The notes beneath the pieces were generated by a model. That model saw nothing but the letters and a program-made list of their open reading frames with translations. It was not told where the DNA came from and did no database searches. Positions 1-15,699 of a stretch of 64,000 nt of DNA are shown piece after piece (position 1 is the stretch's first letter; every line of letters starts with the position of its first letter). This DNA is from the human T2T-CHM13v2.0 reference genome, Homo sapiens: the NCBI RefSeq assembly GCF_009914755.1, contig NC_060926.1. One strand, given 5' to 3'. The position numbers and the translations under genes are program-made.

Positions 1-235
1 GTACCTTTTTTTAGAAAAATAAGTTTCACATTACTGAAGCAAATGGAATGTGAAATGCTTGCAGAGTTCCTGTGAGAAATCTCTGTTCAAAAATTGTGCC
101 AGCTTGCTGCTTAATGATATTATTATCCTCAAAAGCAGAGGGACTTGACAGCTGTACCCACACCAAAGAGGCGTCAAGACCGGACCTCACTGCAGCCAAC
201 CCTTTCTCCCTGAAGGTGTCAAGAGGACTTTCTGC

Positions 236-520
<285 letters not shown>

Positions 521-810
521 TGACATATAAGAGAAAAGAAAGCAAAGAAATCTCATAATCAAAGGGCTGAAACTAGAGAATATTCAGATGCTAAATGACA
601 GAGCTCTAAGTAAAGCAAGAAGGGCGAGTAAAGGAACTTGGCTGGTCAGATTTGAAGTATCTTATTGCCCTGTAGTTACTGTTTGTCTGATGTTTAAAAA
701 CTAAAGTAAGGCGTGGCCTAGAGAAAGCCCCTTTCTTGCTAAGTAGGTAAAACTGGAAGACTAACTCCATGAGGAGAGATAACATGTCACCAGCATAGAA
801 CAGCTGCATG

Positions 811-855
811 GTAGTGCTCAATAAATATTGTTAAATGAATGAATGAATGAATGAG
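811..855 (+). mobile_element. L2 3' terminus
   Basis: gtgctcaataaatattgttaaatgaatgaatgaatgaatga is the typical L2 3' end with (tgaa)n. Confidence 0.65.
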
Positions 856-910
856 CAAATGATCCAGAGGCACTTAGCAGTAACACCTGATAGATGAAAC
901 AATCACTTCT

Positions 911-1218
911 TTTTTTTTTTTTTTTTTTTTTGAGACAGAGTTTCACTCTTGATGCCCAGGCTGGAGTACAATGGCATGATCTTGGCTCACTGCAACCTCC
1001 TCCTCCTGGGTTCAAGTGATTCTCCTGCCTCAGCCTCCTGAGTAGCCGGGATTACAGGCACGCACCACCACGCAGGCTAATTTTTTGTATTTTTTTTTTA
1101 ATTAGAGACAGGGTTTCACCATGTTGGCCAGGCTGGTCTCGAACTCCTGACCTCAGGTGATCCCCCGCCTCAGCCTCCCAAAGTGCTGGGATTACAGGTG
1201 TGAGCCACCGTGACCAGC
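911..1218 (-). mobile_element. Full-length Alu (AluSp/Sq-like)
   Basis: Complete dimer with poly-T. TSD aatcacttctt at 901 and 1221. Confidence 0.97.
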
Positions 1219-2377
1219 AGAATCACTTCTTAATGATCACCCAACACATTAATGCCTCAAGGACAGACTTCTTTCAAAATCTATGACTCAGCTAGACAAT
1301 GTCACATTTCTTTAGCCTGAGTTCTTCTTGCCTAGTGTCTTCCTATAAACATCATCTACCCTATAGCCACACAGAGCTGAAGTCTGCTGGGCTTTGCAGA
1401 CCCCTCGGTTTGGGAGTAAAGGAATATAGAAGCAGAGGAGGCCCCTGCTTAGAGGCCTGGTTTACTTCCCCAGGCTTCCCCTCAGCCGTGGGCAGGGCAG
1501 GGACAGTGAGGGCATCTAGAGAGAATGGCAGGCCACAACTTGCTGGGCTGCTTCTTTGCAAGAAAATACCATAGCTTCATTCCAACACTCAGTCAGCCAT
1601 GAGATAAACAGCATAGTTTATAAGCATATAAATAGTATCTTATATAAACTACACTATTTTTTAGAAACTACCTACATAACAGTTGATTTAGTGGTATTCA
1701 GAGTCCCTATAAATGGACAAATTAACTAACTTAGCTAGGCATGCATACAGCTATCCAACACAGTGTATACTCTATATATGCACACATGAGCCTATGTTCA
1801 CATGGGCCACCTAAGCCTGCACGAACACCCCTGAATACAATTCATGTCTTAGACTGCAAAGCATGACAGCTTTCATAACAGCGACCTGTTTACACATTCA
1901 TTGAGGTGAATGTTTTCATATGAGATTTGAAAAACATTAGTTTAGACATTTTCAGGTCATTAGACTAAAAAAAAAACTATCAGAGACTTTTACAAAACCA
2001 TTATTTCAAAAAGAGCTAAGCATCAGACTTCATAGCCTTATTTTAGAAATTCTATTTGCATAATTCTTGGGAAGATACAATATAAATTCACTCTAACGCT
2101 GAGGAGTGTCTTGCAAAGAGGCCATCTAACTTGGCAACGTTCAGTCTCTGAGTGAGAGCTATGACTCGTGCTGACTGCTGCACACATATGTGACGAACAG
2201 GACACCGAAGCCCTGGGCACAGTTTTGCAAGGGCTGGCTTATTTTTAACTTCATGAGTTTATTGAGGTAATATACTCCATTTTTCTATGCATATATCCCC
2301 AAAATACTGCTTCATTTATCTAGAACCCTACATTTATGACTGACATTTCTGCAGCACAGCAGATGTGGAGCTGAATT

Positions 2378-2402
2378 TGTTTTTGTTTTTGTTTTGTTTT
2401 TT
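2378..2402. repeat. (GTTTT)n-type simple repeat
   Basis: Read directly from the sequence. Confidence 0.7.
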
Positions 2403-4495
2403 CAGTAGGAAATAATGCTCCGAAGCCTATTACCAAGACATAACATCACCACTCTATCCTGGCCCATATAAAATGGGCAGAATCAGGCACTGAGGTTTCA
2501 TTCTTAGTAAAAAGAGTTTTATGAAACAGTAACAATGATGATGACTTATATGCACAGGGTTTTACCCAGTACAAGGCCCTGTCTTCACAAGGAATCCTTG
2601 AGTTGTTGGGTTACTACTCCTTTGTAACAAACGAAAGTGAGGCTTTGAGGATGGACTGTCTGCCCCAACTCCCAGAGCACCCTCCAAGCCCTGCTGCCAG
2701 GCAGTGGGTGGGTCTTTCCAAAGAAGCAACAACAATTTCCCAAGACCGTTCGCCCAGCTCAAGTGATGTGCGGATATAACCATCACCTGTACTGACAGAT
2801 ATAACCATGCCCTACTGGGAATTTTCCATGTGGGGTATGAGAAACACAAATCTGTTTATTTATGCTAAGCAAATGAATTTTAATCAAGCCATAGCTCTAT
2901 TTCCCTCTGCACCACGGTGCACAGAGTCAAAATGCACTGAGAGCCAAACACCTTCCAGGGATAAGGTCACCTACAGCAGGACAAGATGTCTCTGTGTAGG
3001 GCCCCTGGCTTTGGCTGTGCAGGAGCTCAGGCAGAGCGTCTCCCAAGGCTGTGGCTATCAGTTGAACACAAGTCCTTTGGTGCTGAGCTTTAGGTAGTGG
3101 CATAATTACAACATCCTTAAACTTTGACCTCTGCTGCCTTCCCTTCACTCAAAGCATATCAACTATGCCATGGAGATCCCAAGTGTAAACACGGTATGGT
3201 AAGAATGGCACACTCTGCTCACCCAGCCCTCCTCCCCTTTCCCTCTCCCTTTCTCTTTATGAATATGCGTGTGTGTCATAAAGGAAACAAAGAAAATCCT
3301 TATTTTGCTCCAGAATTTACACAACTCAAGGAGATAAAAAGTCTGTTAAGTAAGGAGGTCACAAACATTCTAGAACATAAGGTAACAGACGCTGCAGATT
3401 TATCCATAGGCCTCAGGGGATGGTGGCCACCCACGCCCCGGGAGTCACGGCCTGGCCTCCCCTCCCTCGCGACTCTCCCCCACCACCTCTTTGCTCTCAG
3501 AGGGCCCACCTGGGGTCAGGCCTGATGCACTGGTAAAAGGCAGCCATCCTCCTGAGTGTGCTGTGAGCCTCCAGCTCTCTCATCCTCCTGGAAGCTAGCA
3601 GCAGGGAGAAGAGTGGGCCTCCCTTTCCTCTGAGTGGCCTAGGGCCCACGGGTCACCACTGGTTGCTGATCAAGAGCCCTTGTCCCCATCTCTCACAGAA
3701 GTACCCGTGCGCCAGGAGGAAGTGGGGCTTCTGCCAAGCCCAGCCCTCCTGTGCCCCGTGAGCTCCTTGGGCGGGTGCACAGGCACACAGCAGAAAAGGC
3801 CGTCTAAGAAACGCAATGCACTTCCGCCTTCCACTCCAAGCCCTGAAGGCCGGGATGGGGGTGGCCTGGCTCTGTAGGGAGTTGGACTCGCCTCCCTGTG
3901 ATTGGCATCCCCACTGAGTTGCTTGGGCTTTGTTGACTGTGCTCACCATGGAAGCAGGCAAAGGGCAATGGCAGGTGAGGCTGCATTCCCCATCTGAGGA
4001 AGGGCAGGGCCCAGGAAGAAAGAGGAATGCTGAGAAAATCGGAAACAGCTTCTGAGCCAGACACACCCAGGCCCAGGGCTCTCCTCTCTCATTCCAGCAC
4101 CAAAACCACCCGGCCCCTCCTGCCTCGCCTTGATGTCCACTTGCTATCTCAGTGCGAGGGACCCTGTGGGAGGCACGCTCGTCTCTGCGCTGCACACTTG
4201 CTCCCCAGTTTCAGTTTTCTTTTTACTTTTCCTTAAAGGCCCATCGTGTTACCTCAGGTCCTTGATATGCTTTGTTAACTGCTTTCTTGGGGCCTTCCCA
4301 ATGCTCCTTTACCAGGGACCTGCTTGCCCCACTCATTGTTGCACTGATGGGATTTCCAGCCCTCCCCCTGGAGCCCAAACCTGACAGGTGCAGGGGCCAC
4401 ACCCTCCCAAAAATCACCCACTGAGCCTGCCCAGCCGGCTCCCCAGCCACCCCACGTGACACAGCCACTTGCCCTGGTGGCTCCTATCTGATTAC

Positions 4496-4718
4496 CTGCA
4501 GCTGCCACTTCAAAATAATAGACTCCTGCAACTGGCATCACAATGCCACCTGACTCAAGTTCCTCCCAAGTCTGATGGCTTGCCAACTGCAACCGGTACA
4601 GTCAGCAGTTTCCAGGCAATATCTGGAGTGTTGACAGAGGGCTCTGGGTGGCAGGTGCGATTCTATGTTAGTAAAACTCAGGAACAGGCAGCAGCAAGGG
4701 CAACTTCTGAAGATGGTT
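4496..4718 (-). other. Candidate exon, probably non-coding; alternative acceptor would start it at 4643
   Basis: Donor CAG|GTAATC at 4496/4495. Acceptor ttttcag at 4719, or cccag at 4644 with a perfect TACTAAC branch point at 4667-4673. Confidence 0.35.
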
Positions 4719-5777
4719 CTGAAAAAGCCCTAGTTTGCTTTTCTGTTTTCCAAATGGCAACTGTATATAGAATTCTACTCAAATGGCCTACAATTTAATT
4801 TTAAAGCACAACGAATACATTTGATGATGACAGAAGAAAGCAGTGAGTTCAGAGGAGAGCTCAGATGATAATCACGCAGTGCGCTGAAGGTAGTTTATAT
4901 ACATTTGCCCTTTGTGCAATTAGAGTCTGCAGCCCACTGTGCTCCTGCCAACGACTTGGCCTTCTCCCAGGGAGAGGGCCAATTAGCTGGTGGAGAGTCC
5001 CCTGTATCCTGGGAGGTGGTGCAGGGGCCCCTGCAGCAGAATGGATTATTGAAGGGACAGGGACTGGGCCCCAGGGCTGAGGTCTCTAAGGACTGTCCCA
5101 GCCAGCAGCACTCTGCCCAGCAACACGAGCTGGCCAAATCCCACAAGGCCCACAGTGGCAATTCCACCCCATTCGGTGGGCCGGGTTGAGCATGCAGCTT
5201 GCCTCTGCTGCTTGCTTTCGCCTGCTCTGGGCATGTGACCTGCCCTCTGTCAGTAGTAGGGCCCCCTCAGGAGCCTCTTCAGCACTCTGTCCCCGTGGAA
5301 GCCCAGCATACAGGTCATGCCCAGCACAGAGTGGCCCAATGCCCGAACAAGACATCACTCCACACTGAGACAAAGTCCCCGAAGGGAGGCGCTGTCACAT
5401 CGTGTGAATGCCCAGGGACCGCGAGATTCGCGAAGAGCAGGGGTAGCAAGACACCTGCAGGCCTTGACACCTCTCACTGCCCCTCCACCGCCTCCCAGCA
5501 TGCTCTCCACAGCACGGTGCACACATGTTACCTCTCTGCTCAAATTTCAGGAGCAGAAAATTTCAGTTTTCTTTCTTTGCCCTTCTTTGCTGTGCCCAAG
5601 CCATACGTTCCCTGAGACATCAGAGAACCAAACGAAAAGGTCAGTGACACCCATGTGCATCTATTAGAATAGAATTTATAAACTGCAACAGAAAATATCT
5701 TATGCAAGGACATCTAAGGACTTTGTGATAGGACCTCCTTAGGCCCTGGGCTCATTTTCATTCAGAGGGAAGGAAAT

Positions 5778-5956
5778 GAACATTTATTAAGCACATCTCA
5801 GGCCTCATTTAAGGCTCACAACCAGCTATGAGTTAAATGGTCCATTGCTTTTTTTGCAGGTGAGGAAATAGAGGGCCTGAGCAGCTAAGCAACCAGTCCG
5901 AGATGACTGAGGCAGTCAGTGGAATGTCCGACCCTGAAATCAAGGCCTGTGCCTCC
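5778..5956 (-). mobile_element. MIR fragment
   Basis: Degenerate MIR core: cattgctttttttgcaggtgaggaaatagagg. Confidence 0.55.
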
Positions 5957-6337
5957 GCAAGTGTGAGCTCTTCCCCATGATGGCAGCTGCCTCCCAAGAA
6001 ACCCTGGCAAGGGTCTGAGTGACCAAGCAAGCTACATCCTTTCTGGGCTGGAATCTGGCAGCATGTATCAAAACCTGCTGCTCTAGTAATTTCACTTCTG
6101 GGGAATTTGTCCTAAGGAGATAACCCAGCATTCTTATAACAGTGTCCTGGAAACATCCTGAAGGCTCACCAGTAGGAGACATAGGCAGACCAGACACAGC
6201 AGCAGGACACAGTCATATGAGGGATGTTATCCAGTCACTAGAAATCATGATACAGGAAAATATTCAGTGACGTGGGACAATACCCACCATACATTGCAAT
6301 GGGGGGAAAATCAGCTATGACAGACTGCTAAGAGTAT

Positions 6338-7065
<728 letters not shown>

Positions 7066-7099
7066 GTGAGAATGTATCCCCGTCATTTGAAGAGCTTGC

Positions 7100-7210
7100 T
7101 CATCAGGATTTTGCTTCAGTAAGCCTGGGCTGCAGCCCGAGATGCTTGCATTTCTAACAAGCTCCCAGGTGATGCTGACGATGCTGCCCGTGGACCTTCC
7201 TTTGATGAGT
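7100..7210. mobile_element. MER5A-like hAT-Charlie fragment
   Basis: tgcatttctaacaagctcccaggtgatgctga signature. Confidence 0.7.
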
Positions 7211-7449
7211 ATGACGTGTACAAAATGATGTATGCAGTAAGAACCCGTTTTTATTTTCGTAAAGCTCTTAGTGCACAGAATAAATAAAGGAAGGATCACA
7301 AAATGATGTGAACTGACGTTATCTGTGGGTCATGGAATGATGTTCATTTTAAACTGTCTCGTGCTTTTTCACGCTTCCTAAGTTTTCTGACTTCGCATGC
7401 ATTTTGTTCATAATTAGAAGAAGCTCCAATAGTTTCTTTTAAAGACAAG

Positions 7450-7625
7450 GCAGTGTGATGTAAATAGACTGGGATTTGGGGCCGAGGATTTGGAGTTAAG
7501 TTACTTCCCTCTCTGAGGCTCAGTTTCCTAACTTGGAAACCTCATACCTCAGCGGTTGTGAGAATTGAAGCAGATCCTACGTGTAAGTTTCTATGCAGTG
7601 CCTAGCACACAGAAGGAACCCTCGA
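7450..7625 (+). mobile_element. MIR
   Basis: aagttacttccctctctgaggctcagtttcct core and cagtgcctagcacacag 3' part. Confidence 0.7.
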
Positions 7626-8107
7626 TGTCAGGACCTACCTTCTCCACTGCTGGGAACAAGATCTCATGTCTATGAGGGGCAATTTCTGTCTTTTTCACAA
7701 AGTACTTTTGCACCGGCTCCCTTGTTTGTCTCCACATCATCTCTGTGACAGAGGCAGGAAGAGAAGCTATCGCTGTAGAACTTGAGAGCAACCAAGCTGC
7801 CCAAGGCCACAAGGCAAGTCAGCACGGGTGCCTAGAACCTCTGTCCCCAGAACACAGCTTCCCTTCTGGGCTCCACTACCTCTAATGTAGCAATGCACAA
7901 CCCACACACAGGGACCACAGTGGCTGAGCTCTGACCCCAGGGTGGGAACAGATCCACTGCTGAACTGGCCTGGGACAGGGATACAGAACTGGAGTCCCTC
8001 TGGGCCTGCCAGGAAATAGGCGAGAGGATCCCCCACATGATGTGCCACTTAGCCCACCGCCCCTCTAAGAGGAACCCTCACCCACTCATGGGGATTTACA
8101 AACATTA

Positions 8108-8489
<382 letters not shown>

Positions 8490-10777
8490 CTACTGGTAAG
8501 TTCTTTTCAGCTGCAAAGGCAGTCAACCAATTATAGCCCCAAAGCCCAATTGAGCACTTAAATTACTTAGATCTATTGTTAACAATGATCAGAAACGAGT
8601 TAGGTAACTTCAGAATCTTCCCTTTGCTGTGTGTTGTTCAGGGTGAACTTTTATAAGTGGTACCTGCCACAGATACGTTCTTTTCTCGCTTAATACCCCA
8701 AAGTGATGCTATATAGAACCCAACAGCCATCATAGATTACATTGATCCCTGATCAAAATCGAAACAGGAAACCGCAGCTGCAGCTCATGTTGCCCCCCTG
8801 ATGGTTTCTCACAGTTCCTTCCAGGTGGACATGGCTCTGTGGGAACACCAGAGTGAAACCTGAGGGCTATGCCCTAGCCGGGAGTCAGGAGGCTCCGCAC
8901 GGGCTGCTGGGCAGAATCATTGCACCTTGCGCCTCGTGGGGCCAGTCTCCCTCCGCATGCCTGGATGCACCCCTCCCAGTGTCCAGGAGGCAAAGAATAG
9001 TCATTGGAGAACTTGTTCTTAAAGATGGGACCTGTGTGGTGACCTCCTCCACGGCCTCCAAAAATCCACACTGTGGAACAACAAGGGACTGCAGAATCTC
9101 TGGAAGGTTTTTGGGCAAGGAATGGTGACAGAACCAGTGGTTCCTTCTGTTCTGGTCTTGGGCCAGCCCAGTATTGTCATCATCTGTCACCCCACCACCC
9201 CACCATTAGAGGTAGCCCAAGGCACAGGGGACAAATGCTGGTGTTTCTACAAAGAAAGTCCCATCCTCGTTACTGATCACTTCATGCTGTTTCCAAGGGT
9301 GTCACAAACACAGACCCTCGGCTCATGAAGGCAACCTAGGCTCACCCCGATTCTGTTCCTCTGGCCATCTCCAAGGAAAGCAAGATGTCCTCCCCAAAAC
9401 AACCCCACTGTAGCAATGCCCCCGACAAGGCCTGCTACACAATTTGTTCTTCACTTCCCTCCCACCTGGAGCCCATGTACTGCGTGCAGAACAAACACAG
9501 TCTGCATAATAAGCATCTTATGAGATCAAACCACATTCGCAGGAATGCCTTGCAAACATCACCTCCCAAAGTGCCGTCACTCTGTACAACCGCCTAAGTT
9601 AAGCACCTCACTGTCAAGGGCAGGCACGGCCCCCCGCCCATGTACACCACGAGTCACAGAAGAGAGTGTGGTCGGGCCCTTCACTCAGCACATGAAGACG
9701 CAGCTCAGAGAAAGATTTGGCTGCTGGCTCAGGTTTTCACAGTCACCTAGTGGGAAAGGCACAACCAGATGCCTGGCCTCCTAACTGCCACTTCCCTGTG
9801 CTTCTTCACACAAGACAGGCCACCGCTAGTCAGCTCAGCAAATTAGCAACTCCCAGCTGTGTCATCTCAGACACTGTGCTCCTCACCGACATCTGTCACA
9901 TCTGTCAGTCGCTCTGTATGGGTGTGATGAGACAGGCCACTGCAATCTCTGACAGAGGGAAGAAGGAAAGTCCCAGTTGACAGCAAGAGAGAACAGAGCA
10001 AGCCTGGGACAGTGGGCTGTCACCCGACATTCTATCAGCTGGTGGTCTGGGCAGAAGAACCGCACTCAGGATCCTTGTGGCCTGACACGTAAGACATGCA
10101 GACATAAATGATTCAACACAGGGGCATCATGAATTACTGGGAAATAACCCATTACAAGAGACTAAGAAAATAGGCTTCAGCACGAAGGACAGAAATACAT
10201 GTTCCATACAGAGCTAGTATCTGCATTTATTAAACAAAAATAAACATGATAGGAACCTGTCAGCTAATGAGATTACACATTTGCCCCTGGTAGGCTGGCA
10301 CTTTGGAACTCTGATGACATAGAGGCCACAGATGCCAACGATTTGCCCCGGTGGGGCTGCAGAACATTGTCTGTAGGCACATCACATGGCCTGCCGGCCT
10401 GCTTGCTTTCCTCTTGGTCAGCTCTCAGGTTTTCCATCAGTCAGCCGGACCCCAGGTTAAGCCACAAGCTTGCAAACTGGTTTCTTACACTTGAGAGCAA
10501 AAGCCAGTGTGCTCCAGTGATCTCCCTGACCTGGGAGAACATTCAGGTTTAGAGTTGGAGATGTAGATATGAGGAAATTATACAATTATTGAGAACAAAT
10601 AGTATGTCTGAATTTGTTTGCCTTTATTTTCTTAAATCGAGAGTAAAAATATAGGTAATATTTAGATTCCTTTACAGATCTAAAATCACCTTGAAAGTTT
10701 AGTAACTGAAAAGGTATTAATTTAGTTTTTATTTTAAGTTAAAAAGAGTTTAGACAAGCAGCATGAATGCTCTAGAG

Positions 10778-11125
10778 TGGGGGTCCCCAACCCCTTGGGC
10801 CGTGGACTGGTACCAGACCGTGGCCTGTTAGGAAGCAGGCCACACGGCAGGAGGTAAGTAGCGGGCGAGCAAACATTACCCTCTGAACTCCACCTCCTGT
10901 CAGGTCAGCAGCGGCATTAGATTCTCATAGGAGTGCGAGCCCTATTGTGAACTGCGCCATGTGAGGGATCTGGGTTGCACACTCCTTATGAGAATCTGGC
11001 TAATCCCTGATGGTGTGAGGTGGAACAACTTTATTCCAAAGCCATCCCCCTGCCCTTCCCTGGTCCATGGAATAATTGTCTTCCATGAAACTGATCTCTG
11101 GTGCCAAAAAGATTGGGGACTGCTG
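10778..11125 (+). mobile_element. MER1B-like hAT-Charlie DNA transposon
   Basis: Terminal inverted repeats ggggtccccaac and ttggggactgctg. Perfect 8-bp TSD ctctagag at 10770 and 11126. Confidence 0.9.
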
Positions 11126-11228
11126 CTCTAGAGAGTTTAAATCCACTATTAAATTATTTTCACATTTTCTCATTGTGTACAAGTTGTTGAAATCTCAGGA
11201 AGTTTCCCTACTGAACAAGGCTTTTGCC

Positions 11229-11340
11229 CTAAGACTGTGAGCCTGTGAAGGACCAGGCTAGGTGAAATTCAGCTTTGTCTTCCCAGCACCGACAGCATGT
11301 GTTAGGCCCCAGTAAATGGTCACAGACTTAAATAAATGCA
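11229..11340 (+). mobile_element. L2 3' fragment
   Basis: agactgtgagc...cccagcac...cagtaaatg resemblance; degenerate. Confidence 0.45.
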
Positions 11341-11913
11341 TTGTAAGTCTACTGTCTAATGGGATTAGTAACCACAGCTTCCACTTTTAGAGATACATTC
11401 TTTTCATCACCACAAGGAAAGATAAAGCAAAAATGCAACACCGGCACATCCATTGCCACGCTCCCATTACCTGCCCTTGGCAGAAATCAGTAATCAATCA
11501 CAGTGTCATTCTCAGGTTGCTCACAGCACAGTGTATACTCCAGGCAGCTGTTGCCAGTGGCTCAGGGCAGCACTTGGCTAGACGCTTGCTGCCTCTATTG
11601 GTAGAAATAGCAATAAGTCTGTAGAACTGGGTTCTACCCTCGACTTTACCACTAACAAGCTCCTAAGCAGCTGAGTGACTTGTGATCAGTCATTTCCCTC
11701 TCTGGGCCTCAACTGTGATCCAAGTGGTTTGGGCTCCGATATCTAACATTCTATTATGGTCATGCACCACGTAACGGTGTTTCAGTCAATGATGAAAAGC
11801 ATACATGACAGTGATCCTAGAAGATTATAACGGAGCTGGGAAATTCCTATCACCTAGTGATGTTAGAGACATTGTAACATCATAGTGCAATTAGTTTTAA
11901 AAATAAATTTAGT

Positions 11914-12237
<324 letters not shown>

Positions 12238-12282
12238 TCATAGTGTTTATAAAGTCTACAGTAGTGTACAGTCATATCCTAG

Positions 12283-12688
<406 letters not shown>

Positions 12689-13132
12689 ATTTTTAATCTT
12701 TTATACCATCTTTTTACTGTCCCTTTTCTATGTTTAGATATGTTCAGATACTGTCCCTTTTTACTATCCCTTTTCTATGTTTAGACATGTTCAGATACAC
12801 ACAAACTTACTATTGTATTACAATTGCCTACAGTGTTCAGTATAGTAACATGCTGTTCAGGTTTGTCGTCTAGAAGAAACAGGCCACATGTAGCCTCACT
12901 GCATAGTAGGCTATACCATCTAGGTTTGCGTAAGCATATTACATGATGTTCACACGATGAAATCACCTAAGGATGCATTTCTCAGAACATGTTCCTGCTA
13001 TTAAGTGATCCATGACTGTATTTTACTTTTGAAAAATAAAAGTCTGTAAAATTGGCACAAACTCAGTTTTACGTGAAGATGTTTTAGTTAACCAACATAT
13101 GAAACAGGTACAGGAGCTGAGACCAACAGGTA

Positions 13133-13334
13133 CAGATGCTCCTCGACGTACTATGGGGTTATGTCCGGATAAACCCATCGTAAGCTAAAAATATTGTAGT
13201 GGCAAACGCATGGCTGCCTGAGAGGCGCCCAGCATCACGAGAGAAGTACAGTTTCCATTGAATGCGTATGGCTTTCATACCATCGTGAAGTTGAAAAATC
13301 CTAAATTGAACCACTGTACGGTAGGGACCATCTG
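13133..13334 (+). mobile_element. MER47/Tigger5-like DNA transposon
   Basis: cagatgctcctcgac...gggaccatctg inverted termini with flanking TA. Confidence 0.85.
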
Positions 13335-13539
13335 TATTGAAGATATATTTTCAAAATCTGGTTCTCAATATACAGCTTGTGTGTGATCCAGAAAAATGAA
13401 TGCTATGACCACAGAAAGTCCCTCTGGCCTGGCCCAGTGCACCTCACCTCCAGCCATTACCACCACCCTGGCCCTGAGAAATCTTCCCGCTGCCCTGGCA
13501 ACCTGCTCCCTTCCTCCGAGCCCCTGCCCACTCACACCT

Positions 13540-13660
13540 GGTTTCACACATCTCCCTCCTGGACTCTGAGCTCCCTGAGGGCAGAAACCAGTTCTTTTCA
13601 TCTTGGTAGCCCTAATACATATGCACAGTGAGGCTTGATAAATGTTTTATGAATGAGTGA
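13540..13660 (+). mobile_element. L2 3' fragment
   Basis: gactctgagctccctgagggcag...ataaatgttttatgaatgagtga. Confidence 0.6.
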
Positions 13661-13975
13661 GCCTCACCACCTATGCTTAGAAAACCTAAGGAAAGAATGC
13701 CTCAGATACCAAACCTGCACTCGCTTTTATTAAGGTCTTTCACTGTGTTCATTTCTTCTGAATCTCTAAGAAAAACAAATGTCAAATAGTTGATTTTTTT
13801 TGAACTGTTTCATAGGATTCTCTGTGTGATGTGGATGTGGGGTTGGCCTGGTTCGACATCAATATCTTCCTAGTTTGTAATTCTGAGACATGCATTTAGA
13901 GAGTGAGGACACAGAACAATATGGAAATGCATTTGGCTCATTATATGAGACACCTAATATTCCAAATCATTCTAG

Positions 13976-14311
<336 letters not shown>

Positions 14312-15699
14312 TAAAAAAGCAGCGAAGCCTCAATTTTCTTCAATATTTCCATGGGGGTGGACACAGTATACAGGTGGCCCACACCATTTAGCACATAATG
14401 ACTTCTGCGTTGCCTCATGGGTCATAACTGGCCTCCTCAGTTAGACTGTAAAGTGCGTGTGCACGGTACCAATAAACTTGATAAGTTCTGCATATCCCAC
14501 AGTGCTGAGTACTTGGTAGGTGTTAAATAAATGCAGAGTTATTAATACAGTGCAACGCGTACACTGTGTAATCCTCCTATTGGTACAGGTTATGTTGGAC
14601 GCAGCACTGGGCATGGTACTGTAGTCACTAAGGGAGCATTTGCCTGCGTTCCTTAGTTGACTGATGCACGGAAGAGTGACCAGAGGAGGACGGGCTGTGC
14701 TGATCAGACAAGATCCTGTGAACGAACAAGGACATTGGAGAATTCTCCAACTTTACTGTTCCAGGAAGCCAAGGCATGATGATGATGGCAGCTTACCCTG
14801 TGCTAGGCGCTGTTCTAAGTAGCTGATATATGCTTACTCCTTAAGCAGTAGCTGAATAGAATATTATGAGCACCAAGCCAGGCAACTCGGAGTTGTGACT
14901 AAAAGGTAGCATCATCAGGTGGCAGTGAGTGACATCGCTGCATCAGTATGGGCACGGCGGGCAGGTGGGCCCCCCCTTCTCTGGGCATCCTGAGTCCTAC
15001 AGACGATAGGATGGAGTGTGTTTCTGAGCGGGTGTTTGCAGGGTGTCTGCCCCTGGGTTAGTAAGAGGATTTCCAGTTCTCTGGCCGCGAGGTCAGGTGG
15101 CCACAAAGCCAGGAGAGGAGCTGACAAGGTCTCCTCCCACACCTGCATCTAGTTGCTCCAAGGGCAAGGCACTGGAGCCAAACTCAACCCAGACTTGCCC
15201 CAATGGGTCCCGAGGGAAGGCAGGTGTCGGGAGAGCCCCCAGCCGGGGGGCTTTCTGGCCATTGTGACAGATGGTCATTTGGACAAGTGTGACACATCCA
15301 CCTCCCCGCAAGGGGGAAGCCTTGCCTCCCCTACTCACTTGGCCCCTCGGCTGCTGTGGCTGAAGGAGAACTTGCAGAATGCCCTTTTTAATAGCTTGAG
15401 GGGCTGTGAGCTAAAACCCCCTGGAGAGGCCTCACCCCTTCCACTCTCAGGATGGCTATCAGCGCCACTGCAGGGCTCCTAGTGGCTTCAGAGCCGACAC
15501 GTCAGATGGGCCGCACTCGGCACCTGCTTGAAACCAGACGGACACTTCTGTGTCTGGGGAGGCTGTGGCTTTGGTTTCTACCTGGAGGCAGCCCTGTAGG
15601 ACCAAGTCTGTGATGGTGAGCATGGTCACAGGCTGATGTGCTCACCTGCCAGGGCATGTTCAGAAGCCTCACGGAGGGAACGCTGGTGCCCCTGCCCCT

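Noticed and set aside
1706-1717. CArG-like cctataaatgg
   Set aside because: It has seven A/T bases between CC and GG rather than six.
3653-4195. 180-aa - strand ORF
   Set aside because: Non-ATG start, Cys/Trp/Gly-rich composition typical of chance GC-rich frames, and no recognisable domain.
8789-8804. CTCF-like ccatcaggggggcaac on the - strand
   Set aside because: An extra G breaks the core spacing.
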